Part shown: piece after piece, positions 22,852 through 36,300 of the stretch
Numbering within the stretch: the stretch's first letter is position 1
Layout: the number at the start of each line of letters is the position of its first letter
Source: Monocercomonoides exilis PA203
Lineage: Eukaryota > Protista > Preaxostyla
Reading direction: 5' to 3'
Length of the DNA: 64,000 bases
Assembly (NCBI GenBank): GCA_001643675.2
Contig: LSRY02000005.1
Coordinates: 1,798,001 to 1,862,000, forward strand
The notes under the pieces: generated by a model
Databases searched by the model: none
The model's input: the letters and a program-made list of their open reading frames with translations, nothing else
Told to the model about the DNA's origin: nothing
Position numbers and translations under genes: made by a program

Positions 22852-23314
22852 TGACCGACAGCTACAAAAATAGCATGTCGTGTCGCACAGGTCTACCACC
22901 ATTCTTCTTCATTACATAATCATCCATAATCCTTTCAATCTGCAGAATTCCAAAATCAATGCCTTTCCATTGTTGTCCATTGCTCCACATCGAATTAATA
23001 TTTTTAATACATCAGTCAACACTCATTCCCGATCTCTCATTTTGTCAATGCTTATTTCCAGTTTTAAAATGATATATGATCGATGAATCCATAATAAATA
23101 AAGAATCATTGTTAAAACCTTTTTTTTTGTCTTTGCCATCTTTTTTTAAAAATGTCAACAAAAGGAAAAACGGTGTGAAAGTTGATTTTTTTAATTTCTG
23201 TTTTGAGTTTATATATTTCATCTATTTCTTCTAACCATTCGTATGCTCATTCGATATGAATGAAAAAAATTATGTTAAATTCTGAATGATGCGTTTTGCA
23301 AAAAGTCGAGGGAA

Positions 23315-24718
23315 ATGAACGTCACTGAAAAGTTAACTGGTTTGCATCTATTGCTCCATTTGAATTTTTGGAAATTGCTTTTCTTTCTTTCTTTGTAATT
23401 TTGAAGCATTGTTTGATGGACTTGAAGAGTGCGATGAGGATGAGCAAAGGCAGAAAATCCTTGAAATAAATGAGATGATTAGTGAAATGAATGAAGACGA
23501 ATACTTATCTGTTTTCACAAAAGAACCGTTCAACAAAATTGATAAAATGATTGAAAAAGAGAAAATATCTTTGGAAAATGCCATTGAATTTTTGAAGTTC
23601 ATTGGATACTACAAAATGCTGAGAAGCCTTATAGATATGGCATTTTATTGTTCATTTTTAAACGATCGATTTAAGAAGATGATTATTAATGAAAATGAAA
23701 AGAAAGATGAAAAGAACGAAAAACTTTTGGCTGATCTTTGCGAATGCTATATTTCTCTGAACTTTAATTTTGAACCTGAATTGTTATCAATTTGCGTATC
23801 TTGTCTTCTGAAAGTTGCCTTGAAGAAAGATGAAAACGAAGAAACGCAAAAAGAAGTGGAAATGGCTTTGCTGGCTCTGGGAAATTCTGGACATAATGTA
23901 TGAATATTTAAATTTTATTTTAATATTATGGTTTTTCCCCTTCTTTTTTTAATAAGTTTATTGAACAAAAACTGTATTTGAATGAAATCAAAGAAATTGT
24001 TCAATATCATCAGAAACATCACAATCTGACGCGACTTGCCTATCAATCAGCTTGGAAGTTTTTGATGGAAAGATTATTTTTCGATAAAAATTTGGAAGAA
24101 ATGATCGTGAATGAGTATCGTTTAGGAAGAGAGGTTGCGAGAGAACTGGAAGAGCTGACAAAGCGTTTGGATTGGAAAAGTGAGAAAGAAAAAGGGAAAA
24201 GGAAAAAGGAAAAACAAGAGGAACTTATTTTGTTGAGATGGCTCGAAATGTTGGAGTTTTATTTTCGCTACTTTCATTTGTGGAATGAAGAATATGTTGG
24301 ACTTATTGACAATATTGCAACAGTGTTTAGAGCAGCAAAGGATGAAAATTTTGAAGTAATCAAGCAATGCATAAGTACCTTTAAAAATGTTGCAGAAAGC
24401 AAATGCGTGAAACTTGATGACTTTTTGAGAAGTGGAGCAGTTGATGCTATTTTGGAGGGGATGCAGCGACCAACATTGAATAACGAAATGGTATGTGAAG
24501 GCTTGCGATTCTTTATTGAAATTTCAAGGAAATTGAAAAGAAAAAAGGATAACGAAACTGAAGAATCGAAAAGAAAGTTACAATCAAAAAAGATATTTGA
24601 AAAGATGGAAGAAGAAGGATCTGAAGATATCATTTCATGTTTTTGGAAAACCGTCGAAAATATTGGTTATAACCGTTACAATTTGCGTTTGAGTGCTTCA
24701 GATTTAATTTTTGCATGA
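23315..24718 (+). CDS. Member of a helical (ARM-like) protein family typical of Monocercomonoides-type genomes, 3 exons
   Basis: ATG 23315 (MNVTEKLT) then GT..AG intron, ORF 23409-, second intron ~23898-23957, ORF to TGA 24718. Motifs QKEVEMALLAL, HHNLTRLAYQSAW, FEKMEEEG.ED. Confidence 0.8.
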
Positions 24719-25191
24719 TAAAACAGGATTCAAAACAATTCACAACACAAAAAAATCACATTTCTTTCTTTATTTTTTTATTTTTTTCTTTCTAAGAAAA
24801 TGTTCAAAAAATTCTAAATTGTTCATTCAGTCATGAATGAGAAGAAAATGATTTATCGAAAAGAAAAAACTCAAAAACAAATAAACTGTTTTTGACGAAG
24901 TTTAAATAAAAGTCATTCAACTTTTATCTGTAAATTTAAACAATAGATTCAAATGATTATAATCCCCATTTTGAGTCATAATCGGTGATATTTCTTACAT
25001 GCACTTTGTCCTGATCAAAAAATAATCAAATATTTTTTTATTTTGGAGAGCCTTTTTTTGTGACCTTTGACTTGTCTAAAGGAATAATTATTCTATACAG
25101 AAATATTTTTAAGATACGCGTGCATACAAGAGTGGGAGTGCATTTTAAAAGTTTAGTTTTCGTTTTTGAATAATTGTATCATTTGTGATTC

Positions 25192-28100
25192 ATGGTATGC
25201 GAAATATAGCAAAACTCGTTAGCATTCAAAATTAATCTTATTTAATGAATTTGTATTTTAGGGCCCAGATACTTCAAAAGCTGATCCTCGTGTCCAGCTT
25301 GCTTCATATTCATTATCATACTCAAATGCTGGTTTAACAACTCTTCCAACAATTCCACCTAACAAACAGAATGTTCAGCAATTGAATTTATCGTGCAATA
25401 AAATCGATCAATTACCCGATGATTTGGAACCTTTTAGTGGACTTTCCGTTCTGAATCTTTCTTGCAATGTTATATCTTCTTTACCGTCAAGCGTAAGCTT
25501 GCTGAAGAACCTTAGAAGGTACTTCCATTTTTTAAATATCTTTGGACGATAAACTTTTATTTTCATCTTGCATATTTTAATTAAAGACTGACTTTGTCTT
25601 TTAACAAATTGAGATATGTAACAGACAGTATTTGCTCCCTAAGGAATCTTGATTATCTAGATATGAGTTACAATGAAATAACTACAATCACTCCAAAGAT
25701 TAATGGGCTTGTTTCCCTGCAAACTCTTCATCTCAATGGAAACCTAATTATTGATCTCCCTGATTCTTTTGGTGAACTGAATCTCATGGTTCTCACTTTG
25801 GAGGACAATGGGCAGTTGGTCCCATCACTGTCCCGCCTTGCTGGTCATGGAAACTGCTGCTCAACAGTTCTCTCGTTCATCCGTTTTCGCAGAAGCCACA
25901 TATTGCTGCCGCGCTGGACGATGCATTTGGCAACCCCGGGGAATGTTCCCTTCTTTGCCGATCATCTCCTGCAGAGCACAAGCTGGGTGGATCCGCGGTA
26001 CTTCAGCTTTGTGCACACGCTGCCGGTGGCTGTCCAGAGAAGGCTGAACATGGACGGCGAGCCAGAGCTCATGAGCAGAGACGCTGTGGGGGTGGCAAAC
26101 CTGATCGGCGAAGAGGTGGTGCTTGGGATGAACTACACAGACAACACTTGGAAGGAAAGAGAGAAAGAGAGAGAGATGGGCATTCAGCAGAGAGCAGGGA
26201 ATGAGCTGCAAAGCGGAGCAGCAGCGGTGGATTCATATGAAAATGCAAACGACTCCACAGGACGAATTTCAAAAAGCGGCAATTTTTTAAAGCAACAAAT
26301 TGAGAAAGAGAAAGATTTTGAAAGCAAAAAAGAGCGAGAAAGGAGCATTTTCAGCGAGCTGTCCAAAAGCGAAGGAAACAAATGGAGCTTCTGCGACGAC
26401 TTTGGCGTCGGCCTGCGGCTGCGAAAGTTCATTTTTGCGCCGATTGCGCTGTGCTCCAACCCGAACTGTGAAAGAATGGCATCTTCGCGCTGCAAGCTGC
26501 AGATGTGCAGCGGGTGCTGTACGGATGTGGAGTGTGAGGTGCATTCTACTGTGCTGCTGCCATCCACAAGATCGTCTGCTGCTTCGCTTTCCTCTCATCG
26601 CACTTCATTCACTTCGCCATTTTCACTTCCATCTTCAGGCTCTTCCTCCTCCTCCTCCTCCTCCTCATCTTCTTCATCATCATCTTCCTCTTCCTCCTCC
26701 TCTTCATTCACCTCACCCTTCTCCTTCCTCACCTCACGCCTCTTCCTCTCCTCCCACAAGCGACCCCGCTCCTTCGTGGAGCGCTGCAACAAGCTACGCC
26801 GCTCGCTCGATGCGATGCACATTCCGGAGCCCGAGACGTGGCGGGACAAACCGCGGCTGCACATGACGCTGCGGAGGGAGCACCTGCTGGCAGACTCTAT
26901 GCGCGACCTCATGCGCGCCCCTCCATCGCGGCTGCGGCTGCGACTGGACGTGTCGTATGCTGGGGAGACAGGAATCGACTACGGCGGGCTGACGAGAGAG
27001 TGGTTTGAGCTCATCTCGAAGGAGATTGTGAAGCCCCGCTGCGGCTTATTCACCCCGTCGGAGGCGAATCCGGGCGTGTATACGATCAACCCAGCCTCAC
27101 AGGGAAATAAAAAGCTGCTGCCGATGTATCATTTTGTGGGGAGGCTGCTGGCAAAAGCGCTATTTGACCGCTTTCTGATCAGTGTGTTTTTCATCCCTCT
27201 GTTTTTCCGGCAGCTGAAAGGGTGTGCGTTGAGGATGGAGGACTTGAAGTGTGTTGACCCGGAAGCATACCGCTCTCTTTTGGCAGTGGCAGCGATGGAC
27301 AAAGCAGAGGACATTGAGGCGCTCACACTCACATTCTCAGTCATTGTGAAGCGGAAGAAGAGGCGGAGAGAAGCAGAAAGCAGCAGTTCTGCTTATGACT
27401 CTGGTTATTCTTCACTTGCGCCGTCGACACAGATTGGCTCTGCTCCTTTTTTGTCAGGCAATTCTTTCTCTTCTTCTGTCTTCGGAAGCCTTCCCAGTTC
27501 GTCTTCATCATCTTATTCCTCTTCCTCTTCCTCTTCTTCATATTCTTCCTCTTCAGACGCCAGCGGGTATGGGGACGAGTTCGAAGAGATCGACTTGATT
27601 GAGAACGGGCGAAACGTGGAAGTAACATTAGCCAACAAAGACCGCTTTATAGCGCTGAAGACGCGGTTTCTGCTGCAGGGCCAGACGGAAGAGCAGATGG
27701 AGAGCATCCGGAGAGGTTTCCACGACCTGATCCCGCCGTCTCTGCTGGTGGATTTCACGTCGGCGGAGATTGAGCAGCTGATCTGTGGAGTGGCAGAGAT
27801 TGACATTGACGACTGGAAGAAGAACACAGTTCTGATTAACTTCACAGAGGAGTCGGAGAACATTGTGTGGTTCTGGGCGGTTTTGAGGGAGATGAACAAC
27901 GCGGAGAGAGTGAAGGTGTTCCAGTTTGTCACGGGGACCACGAAGGTCCCGCCTGGAGGTTTGGATGCTTTTTCCAATGAAAAATATAAAAAGGATAATT
28001 GGCTTTTATTTATTTATTTATTAATATATTTTTGCAAAAAAATATTTTAATTTTTTTTTTTCTATTTTTTTTTTTCCATTCATTTTTTTAAATAGGATTC

Positions 28101-28292
28101 GCAAATCTTATTGCAAGCACAGGACCTCGAAAGTTTCATATTAATCGTTCTCCTCATTCCAGAAGATATTTGCCAATTGCACATACATGCTTTAATCAAC
28201 TTGATCTCCCTGAATATTGGACAAAATACGAGTTAGAAGAGAAGCTGCGAAAAGCTATTGATCTTGGATTAACCGGATTTGGTGAAAGATGA
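25192..28292 (+). CDS. HECT E3 ubiquitin ligase with N-terminal LRRs, a WW domain and a Cys-rich Zn-binding motif
   Basis: LRRs (LNLSCNKI..LP, LDMSYNEI, LHLNGNLI); WW (LPRW....PFFADH...TSWVDPR); HECT (GIDYGGLTREWF, FVGRLLAKAL, WFWAVL, FQFVTG). Last exon 28096-28292 carries the catalytic LPIAHTCFNQLDLPEY. Confidence 0.92.
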
Positions 28293-28410
28293 CATTTTAT
28301 TGGCGTATATGAAAATAGCATGGAATATTTCTTCGTTTTATTTTTCTCAATGAAAAAAATTATTGTTCAAATGATCTTATTTTTTCTTTTTTGTTTTTCT
28401 GTGTTTTTAA

Positions 28411-31400
28411 ATGTCATTTCAACTTTTCGATGAATTTAGGCATTTTATTTTAACTCCATCTTGCGTACTACTACCACCTCAGCCAGTAGTTGCATTTCCA
28501 ATATACAAATCACAAAGTCAATTATCATTGAAACTTTCTTTATGTTGCTTTCCTGAAAGCGAAATACAACCTTCTGAATTCTCCTCAACAAATGACGGAT
28601 ATCAGTTTTTATTAAATATAAGCGAGAATGAAGATGCATTTGGATGGTGCTTTAGATTTTATAATTTCAAACGCAATTCAGTAGAAGCTTTTTGCCTTTT
28701 AACGCATCATAATTGGAAGAGCATCTTCCCACAAATCTTAATTTGGCTTCATCATTGTTACGAGTTGTCACCTCTTTTTTCAGAAGTTGACATGCCAAAT
28801 CAGGATGATGAGCAGTTTTTCTTTTTAAGCCTTTTGAAACCTTTAAAAAGTTTATCTACATCTCCTTTACCAGGTGAAGAGATTACGGTACTTGTTCCGC
28901 TTAATGATACATTATGTCAACATTTATGCGATTCTAAAAAGCAAATCTTAAGCACAACTTTTTCTTTCACAATTCCTTTCTCGTTTTGTGGAATTTCAAT
29001 GGATGGTCATTCATTTTCGATCCTATTCTCTGAAATGCCACCATCTATTGTTCTCGCTGTTTATGTGTATCTGTTTCTTTCAAAGCCAGTGTTCATCATG
29101 GGATCTACACTTGCACAAATAACTTCAATTTCATTTGCATTTCTTGATCTTTTCATACCATTTCGTTATAGCGACAAATTTAGACCTCTTATAGAATCAA
29201 AAGGAATCCTTGGGTCTGTGGGCTACATATTTGCGTGCTTATATGCGTTTTTGAAGCCGAAACATGATTCAGATTCGCTAATATTTCCTGATTGTGCTCT
29301 TGTGATTGACCTTTCAGAAAAGAAAGTTACTGTTCCCAATTCGACTCCATTCACAACAGCTAATTCATCTGGAGCTTCATTTGAGCAGGGATCTTCAGGC
29401 AGTCAAATGCCATCTTCAAGCGGGAAAGTTCCTACAGCAATGAATTCTTCACAAACACAATCATCTTCATCAAAACAGAATGAGCAAAAGAAACAATGGA
29501 GTTGCTTTCCATATCCAGATGGATTGGATGAGCTTGCACGGAATTTATGGACGATCTTGTTTGATGCTGGAATTACAAAGTTGGAGGATGATGAAGATGA
29601 TCAAGTTGAAGAAGAAGAAGAGAAGGAAAAGGAAAAGGAAAAGGATTATAATAAGGAAAAGAGCAGCGAAGACAAGAAGAATGCAAATAATAAAGAAGAT
29701 GAAAACAATGATAAAAATGAACATTCAACAGAAGAAGAAAAACTTGCACTTGATGGCAAGTATTCGGATAGTACAAAAATCTCAGAATTTTGCGATAATC
29801 CCAAGCGATCCAATGCAACAGGGAAGAGATTATCGAAGCCGTGCACTCAGCATCCATGGGGCAAATGGGAAGGGAAGGACACGGTGATTGACGGAGTGGT
29901 GGAAGCTGTGTGGGGAATACAGGCAGGGAAATGGTCAACTATTTGCTCTGGAAAATCTCGTGCTGTTAGAAGCAAGCAAAATGGAACACAGAAAATTGAT
30001 AGAAAGGAAATGAAGAGTAATGATAACATAAAAGGCGCAGATGAAAAGCAGTCACATTCAGATTGTTGTTTACATTCATTTCTTCCCAAACAAAAATCTC
30101 GTTCTATTTGGTCAACGCAATTATCATCTCTTTCATCTCCTGTGACTTTTTCTGTCTCTTCGAATTCGACTTCTATCTTCAGGTCTCAATCTCCGCGTAT
30201 CTTTCCGTTTATCCTTTCAACAGAGAAACGCAATTACTTCACAGCTCGAATGCTTCAAGCCTTTTTCCATTTCAATTGCTCGCTAACTTCCTTTCTGTCA
30301 CCTGTTTTTGCAAGCTATCGACCTTTTTTTGCCTCTGAGCCATTTTCATCTTCTACCATTGAAGACTATCTGAAATCCGGTTTCACAGCAAAGCAGAACG
30401 AATTCAAAAAACAACTTTCTCAAATTTCTCAGAAAAGAAGTGTGCAGAATGCATATTCTTCTTCATCTTCCTCCTCTGGCTTGTATCTTCCATCATCTGA
30501 GGAATCATCTCAAGATTCATTTCATCCATTCGCTCTTTCTTCCCAGCGCGCATCTGCAATTGCATTGAGCGCTGCTTCCTTCGCTTTGAACTCTGTTAAG
30601 CATCATCTCTCATTTTCAACTCCATCTCTTTCTCTTGCATCAATCGGGACAACTTCTTTTCTTCACACTTTTTTGTCTTCAAGTGCAGTTACTCGCTTTT
30701 TGGAGGAGAATCACCATTTGTATTATTCAATGAGATTACGGCAGATGCTGCATTATGCAACATTTGAAGATTGGCGTAACAAAATGAGGATGAGGAAACA
30801 AAGGCAAACTTTGCAAAAAGCAGCATTTCTTCGTCAGAGGGATTCAAACGAAGCAATTCAATCGCATTCTTCTTTGGCGACTGGCACATTTCCAACAACA
30901 GCAATTGCAAAAACAAGCGAAAGAACGAATTTAACCAACATGATGTTGGAAGCCATAGGAGACAAGGACAAAACACCAACTGCAACAGAGGCCAAGACAA
31001 TTGATGCTTTTCATTCAATGTCACAGCCATTGAACAGTGGATGGTCAGGTGATGCGACCGTTGCACAGGCTGCTGAACACAAAGTTTTTGATCGTTTGCT
31101 GAGACAGGTGGCTCTCAAAGCAGAGCGATCGACTTTTGATATTGTCGGAGTTCTGTCTGACACGACAAAAGGAGTAAAGTTAGGCAAAGGTCTTCATAGA
31201 AGAGGAATAAATACTCAGTTCAACACAAAGATTGATCAAAGAATCAAAGAAAACTTTGGATTAGACAATGAACGAGGAATTGACGAAGAAGCGTTTGAGG
31301 CAATTTTTGACGATGGAATGCAAAAGAAAATGGAGGATCAATTATTAAATGGCTCAAAGCTAACAAGAGCAGATATGTTGGATAAGAACGAAGAGATGGC

Positions 31401-32718
31401 ATATCGCTACAGCATTTTCTATGACACATTTCCGAATAGCATTGTGCTCGCGGAAGAGCGAAATATGAGAATGGTGAATGATTCAAGCTCGAGCCGTGGT
31501 GTTTCCTTAAAGATACCCAGATGGCATTCGTTTGCGACTGATGGACAAACATTAAAGTTTGCTAAGATGAAACAGAAAAAAAAGTTTTATTTTCATTTCA
31601 TATTTTAATGATTTTTTATGATATTTTTCATATTGTTTGCCAATGCAATTTATTTCGTTATTTAACTGTGATTCCGTTCATGAATTTTATTTTATTTTAT
31701 TTTATTTTATTTTTTTTATAATTTATTTATCAGACAACCTACAACAGATCGAACATCAGCGTTTTTTTCGTCAATAACTTCGAGTAATTCCAAACCGACA
31801 ACTTTATCTTCTTCTCTTCTTCCCCTCCCATCAAAGCCATTATCCATGTGCCACACTCAGCCACCTATGCAAACAGATGGTGAAGTTGCTTATTTGATGC
31901 AATCACGAAAGGAATATTCCAATTCTTCCAATTCTTCTTTAACAAAACAAGTAAATACAACAGATATTCATGTTGCCTCAAGATCTTCATCCACAAAACT
32001 CCTCAACAATCAGCAAGCATCCCTTCAGAATCGCTTTAATTTCTATGCTTCCCCTCTTTCTTCGCCCTTGCTTTCAGAATGGCTCAATACTTCTGATACA
32101 TTTCCTTCTTCTTGTACATCTAAAATTAGTGATGAGAAATATAGTGATCTATCAAAGGCCACATCATCACAGCATTCTCCTGTATACGTTACTGAAACTG
32201 ATCAACAGCTTAACAAGAGCACTGATCTGCCAGCTGATAGCCAAATTATTTCTTCAGATACAATTCCAACAGACCAAAAATTAAGTGCAGATGTATTTTC
32301 TCCAACAATTGGTTCAGAAGAAAAGATAAATACTTCCATACAGACTGAAGATTTTATCAGTTCTGATAAAGATATCAAATCTTCACAAAAACCAAGCGTG
32401 CAAATTCCTTCAGCTCTGTTTCTATCTACTCCTCTTTTGCCAGAGTTCAATAAAAGTACATCTTTATCATTACCTTCTTCTGATTCAACTTCTGTTTCTT
32501 CTCTCTCAAAGCAAGATTTAACCGTTAGTTCAAATAATCCAATTAAACGAACAGAAACCTTCAAAACTGGTTCTTTTTTGTACTCAACAAATTCGGTGGA
32601 AGATAAGAAAAGATCTTCATTGCTGAATAAATTTGCACTCCCTCGAATCTATTTCAATTCCGAAAAGCAAAAGGAGAAGCAAAAAGATGATGCTATAACA
32701 AAAATTAAAGAGTCATGA
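28411..32718 (+). CDS. DENN-domain protein (putative Rab GEF) with Ser-rich insertions, 2 exons
   Basis: uDENN-like FGWCFRF...FCLLTHHNWKSIFPQIL; cDENN-like LFSEM...VFIMGSTL..I.....DLFIPFRY...FRPLI; dDENN-like FLHTFLSSSAVTRFLEE. Intron ~31560-31733. Confidence 0.7.
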
Positions 32719-33315
32719 TTACAATTAACATCGATAGGTTTTTTTTTGGGAAAGAAAATGTCTTCTTCTGTAATTTGAGTTGTTCTTCATTGTTGTAATA
32801 AAATGCATTTTGTTTTTGAATAGATTCTTTTTCTTTTTGTTTGGATATTTTATTTTGAAATTTTTATGTTTAAAAGTCATTTTCTGACTTCCAAATTTAT
32901 TGGAGATTAAAAAATCATTAGGTTTAACTTGAAATAACGATTTTTTGATTTCATTATGCCACTGGAGTCATTTATTGGAATTTATAGGCAAATTCGAAGA
33001 TAAGAAGCAATTCAATCTTCATTTTTCAGATTTATGTATATCGTTTGAAAATACAAAAAACAAGTCATAGATTTGACTCTGTAAAGTTTTGAAATATCTT
33101 ATTTATCAAAAAATTTTTATTCTCAAAACAACAGAGAAAACAAACAATGATTCAATTTATTCCTCTTTTATCAATATTTCTCTTCAAAAACAGCAGAATT
33201 GTAAAAAAGAAAACATATCGAAAGAAATAACTTGAAAGATTTTAACCAATCTTTAATCAAAAAAATTGGAGGCTATGAATAAGATTAAATGAAATTCGAG
33301 ATGAATTTTCTTAAG

Positions 33316-36300
33316 TTACTCGCCCCAAACAGAATCGCATGCACCAAAGGCAATTGGCGAAGCATGGATAAGAATTGGATGAGAGGGGGTAATCTTGTCT
33401 AATGAAATTGCTCCATTAACAGCATCACGGTGGATGTCATAACCGAAGAAAGTCTGTTGGTTAAAAGAAAAATTGCGGAAATTTGCAATAAGGTTGCATG
33501 TTAGAATGAAATTGTTGAGATTTCATCAAAAAGGAAAATAAAGAAGAAGAATAAAAAGAAGAAATTGAAAAGTTTTGAAAACGCATGAATCAATAATTTT
33601 TCAATAAAGACAGCACACCTTAAAGAAAAGAGATCCTTCAGACTTCACAAATATGCTTGAGCATCCTGTTTTTGTAGAAAGTTGAATGCAAGGCAGTGGC
33701 TGGAGAACCTCAGGAATTTGCCTGATTGAATAATGATAGGGAGAAAAAAATAGCAGATAAATTAATTGATGAATGAAAAGTCCGATAAATGAATGAAAAA
33801 AGGATAGATGAATAAAAACAATAATTGCAATAAATAAATAAATAATCTTTATGACTTATCAAAGTTTTATAACAAAAAAAGTATTTCAACTTATAAATAC
33901 ACGCATTTGCATATATCCATTCCAAAACATAAAAAATAAACAGAAAAAAAGGAAAAAAAAAAGATAAAGAAAAAGAAATAATAAACATACGATAACATCA
34001 AATAATATGCGCTTTCCTGGTTCCATCCAACCGACGAGAGCGAATGAGAAGCACCACGATGCACAAATGGCAGGAAGAGTGGCCTGACTTTTGGCAAAGA
34101 CGTGGCAGCACTCGAAACAAGAGAAAGCGGAGCATCAGGCGAAGACACGGGGAGGCTGAGGATGTTTGAGAGGCTGTTGAGGAGATTTTGGTTGGAGGAG
34201 AAGGAGAGAAGAAGACGAGAGGCGAAGGAAAGTGTGTCAGAGGGAAGGATGTGGCGGAGGAGGGTGGGGGAGATTTTGATGAGAGAAGAAGAAGAGGAGG
34301 AGGAGGAGTTAACCTCAGAGGTGGAAGGAATGGAAGAAGAAGAAGAAGAAGAAGATGATGATGATGATGATGATGATGAAAGAGCAGAATCAGCAGCAAG
34401 AGGTTGATTAGCTTTAGGATCCGAATTTTGTGTGGGTGAAGGAGAAGAAGGAGAAATCGAAGGAGATGAAGAAGCAGGAGCAAGCTTGATTTGCGGGTGA
34501 AGAGAAGAATAGTGAAAGACAAGAGAAGGAAGTGCGACTGTCAGAGGAAAGGCAAAAGGAAGAGGAGAGGAGGAAGAAGATGACAGTGAAGAAGAAGGAG
34601 GTGGTGGCGGTGTAACGTTGAGCACAAACTGAACAAACAAGTCAGAAAAGCAGCCACCGATGGAAATGGCGGAAGGTTCATTGGATGGAGGAGCCGCTGT
34701 TTAAATGTTGAGGATTATACGGTATTTAATGAAAAGTGGAAAATTATAACAAAATTGTAAGTTGAATATTTGGTAGAGATTCAAATACAAATAAATATGT
34801 TCAATTAAAAACGTAAGAAAAAGAATAATAAAAGAATGCAGAAAAATTCTCTTGGTTCTCTTATTATCTTATTAAAAAAACATGTTACAAATCACAATTC
34901 CTTCAATCACTACACTAACATTCGCGCTCACACTCATTCACACACCTTTTGAGGCTGCCTCAAGAAAAGGCGCGATGTCAACAGTCGCCTTGACGATTGT
35001 TCTAAACATCTGAATGTAATCTTCTTCTGCTTCTTCCTCGTTTTCAATAGCTTCTTCTGGCTCTTCTGAGTCATCTTCAATCGGGTCTTTTACTTCCTCC
35101 TTTGGAGGAGGCATTGGCTTAACTTCTTCTTTCGTGATTTCTTCTTTGTTTTCATCTTCTTTGTTGCTGTTGCTATTGCTGTTAGTATTATTATTATCAC
35201 TGGGAATATCTTCCTTTTTCTTTTCTGCCTCTTTTTCATTGCCTTCTTCTTTTGCTGCTTCTGTTTTTTCTTCTTTTTCATCTTTTTTCTCACTTTCATC
35301 TTTCCCTTTTTCTTCCTCTTTCTTCTTCTCTTCTTCCTCTTTCAGTTTCGCTTCCTCTTCTTCCTTCATCTTCCTCCTCTTCTCTTCCTCCTCTTCTTTT
35401 TCTCTCGCTCTCTTCATCTCCATCTCCCTCCTCTTCCTCGCTTCTTCCTTCCACAGTTTTCTCTCCTCCCACCTCCTCTTCCTCATCTGCACCCTCAGCT
35501 TTCGCACTTGCCTTCTGTCTTCTCTTATTCTCTCTCTCTCGCTTCTCAGTGTTGTTGGAAGCGGAAGCGACAGCGGAACAGACGAAACACACTCACAGGG
35601 AACAGGAATTGTGCTGAAGGAGTCCTGGAAGAGATGCATGTCCAATGAAAACCTGAAGAAAAAAAGAATTTTTTTTTTGAATAGAGAATGGAAATAGAAA
35701 GGATGAAAAAAAAAGAAAAGAAAAGAAAAGAAAGAAAGAAAGATGTTAATTAGAGAAACAATAAAAGAAAAGAAAAAAAATAATTCAAAAGAAGATTGGA
35801 AAAATTTAAAAAGAAAACAGAAGAGGAAAAAGAAAATAATTATTTGTATTTTGTATGTATTTGTAAAACACACTTTGATCCAGACGGAATGTCGTACGGG
35901 TGATAAAAATGCACAAACACAACAAACTGTGTCTGTTTTTGACTGAAGAACATCGCGTTCTGATCGATAACCTGCTGTGAAAGAGCAGAGATGGGAACAG
36001 GGAAGCAGTGGAAGAGCGGAGGAGGAGCAGGAATGGACAGAAGCGAAGCAGCAGACGGGAGTGCAGGAAGCTGCGGGATTTGGGGCAGCTCTTGCTCGAT
36101 GAGGTGCCTGGGGATGGGAGTGAGGGGAGGGATGACTAGAGCAGAAGGCTGAGAGGAAAGGGAAGGAAGAAGAGGAGGATGAGAAAGATGAGAAGAATCA
36201 GAAGTGATAAGTGGGGTTGGAGGTGTCTGAGAAGAAGAAGAAGAAGAAGAAGAAGAAGAAGAGGAAGCAGAAGTCACAGCAACTGGAGGAACAATAGATC

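Larger units (their letters stand above)
14566..22895. mobile_element. hAT-like DNA transposon (non-autonomous or decayed), 8330 bp, containing a nested DIRS and a host-gene pseudogene
   Basis: Perfect 15-bp TIRs TAGACCTGTGCGACA (14566-14580) and TGTCGCACAGGTCTA (22881-22895); perfect 8-bp TSD CCACCATT (14558-14565 and 22896-22903); subterminal GTGACCGACAG at both ends. TAG termini with an 8-bp TSD are hAT hallmarks. Confidence 0.85.
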
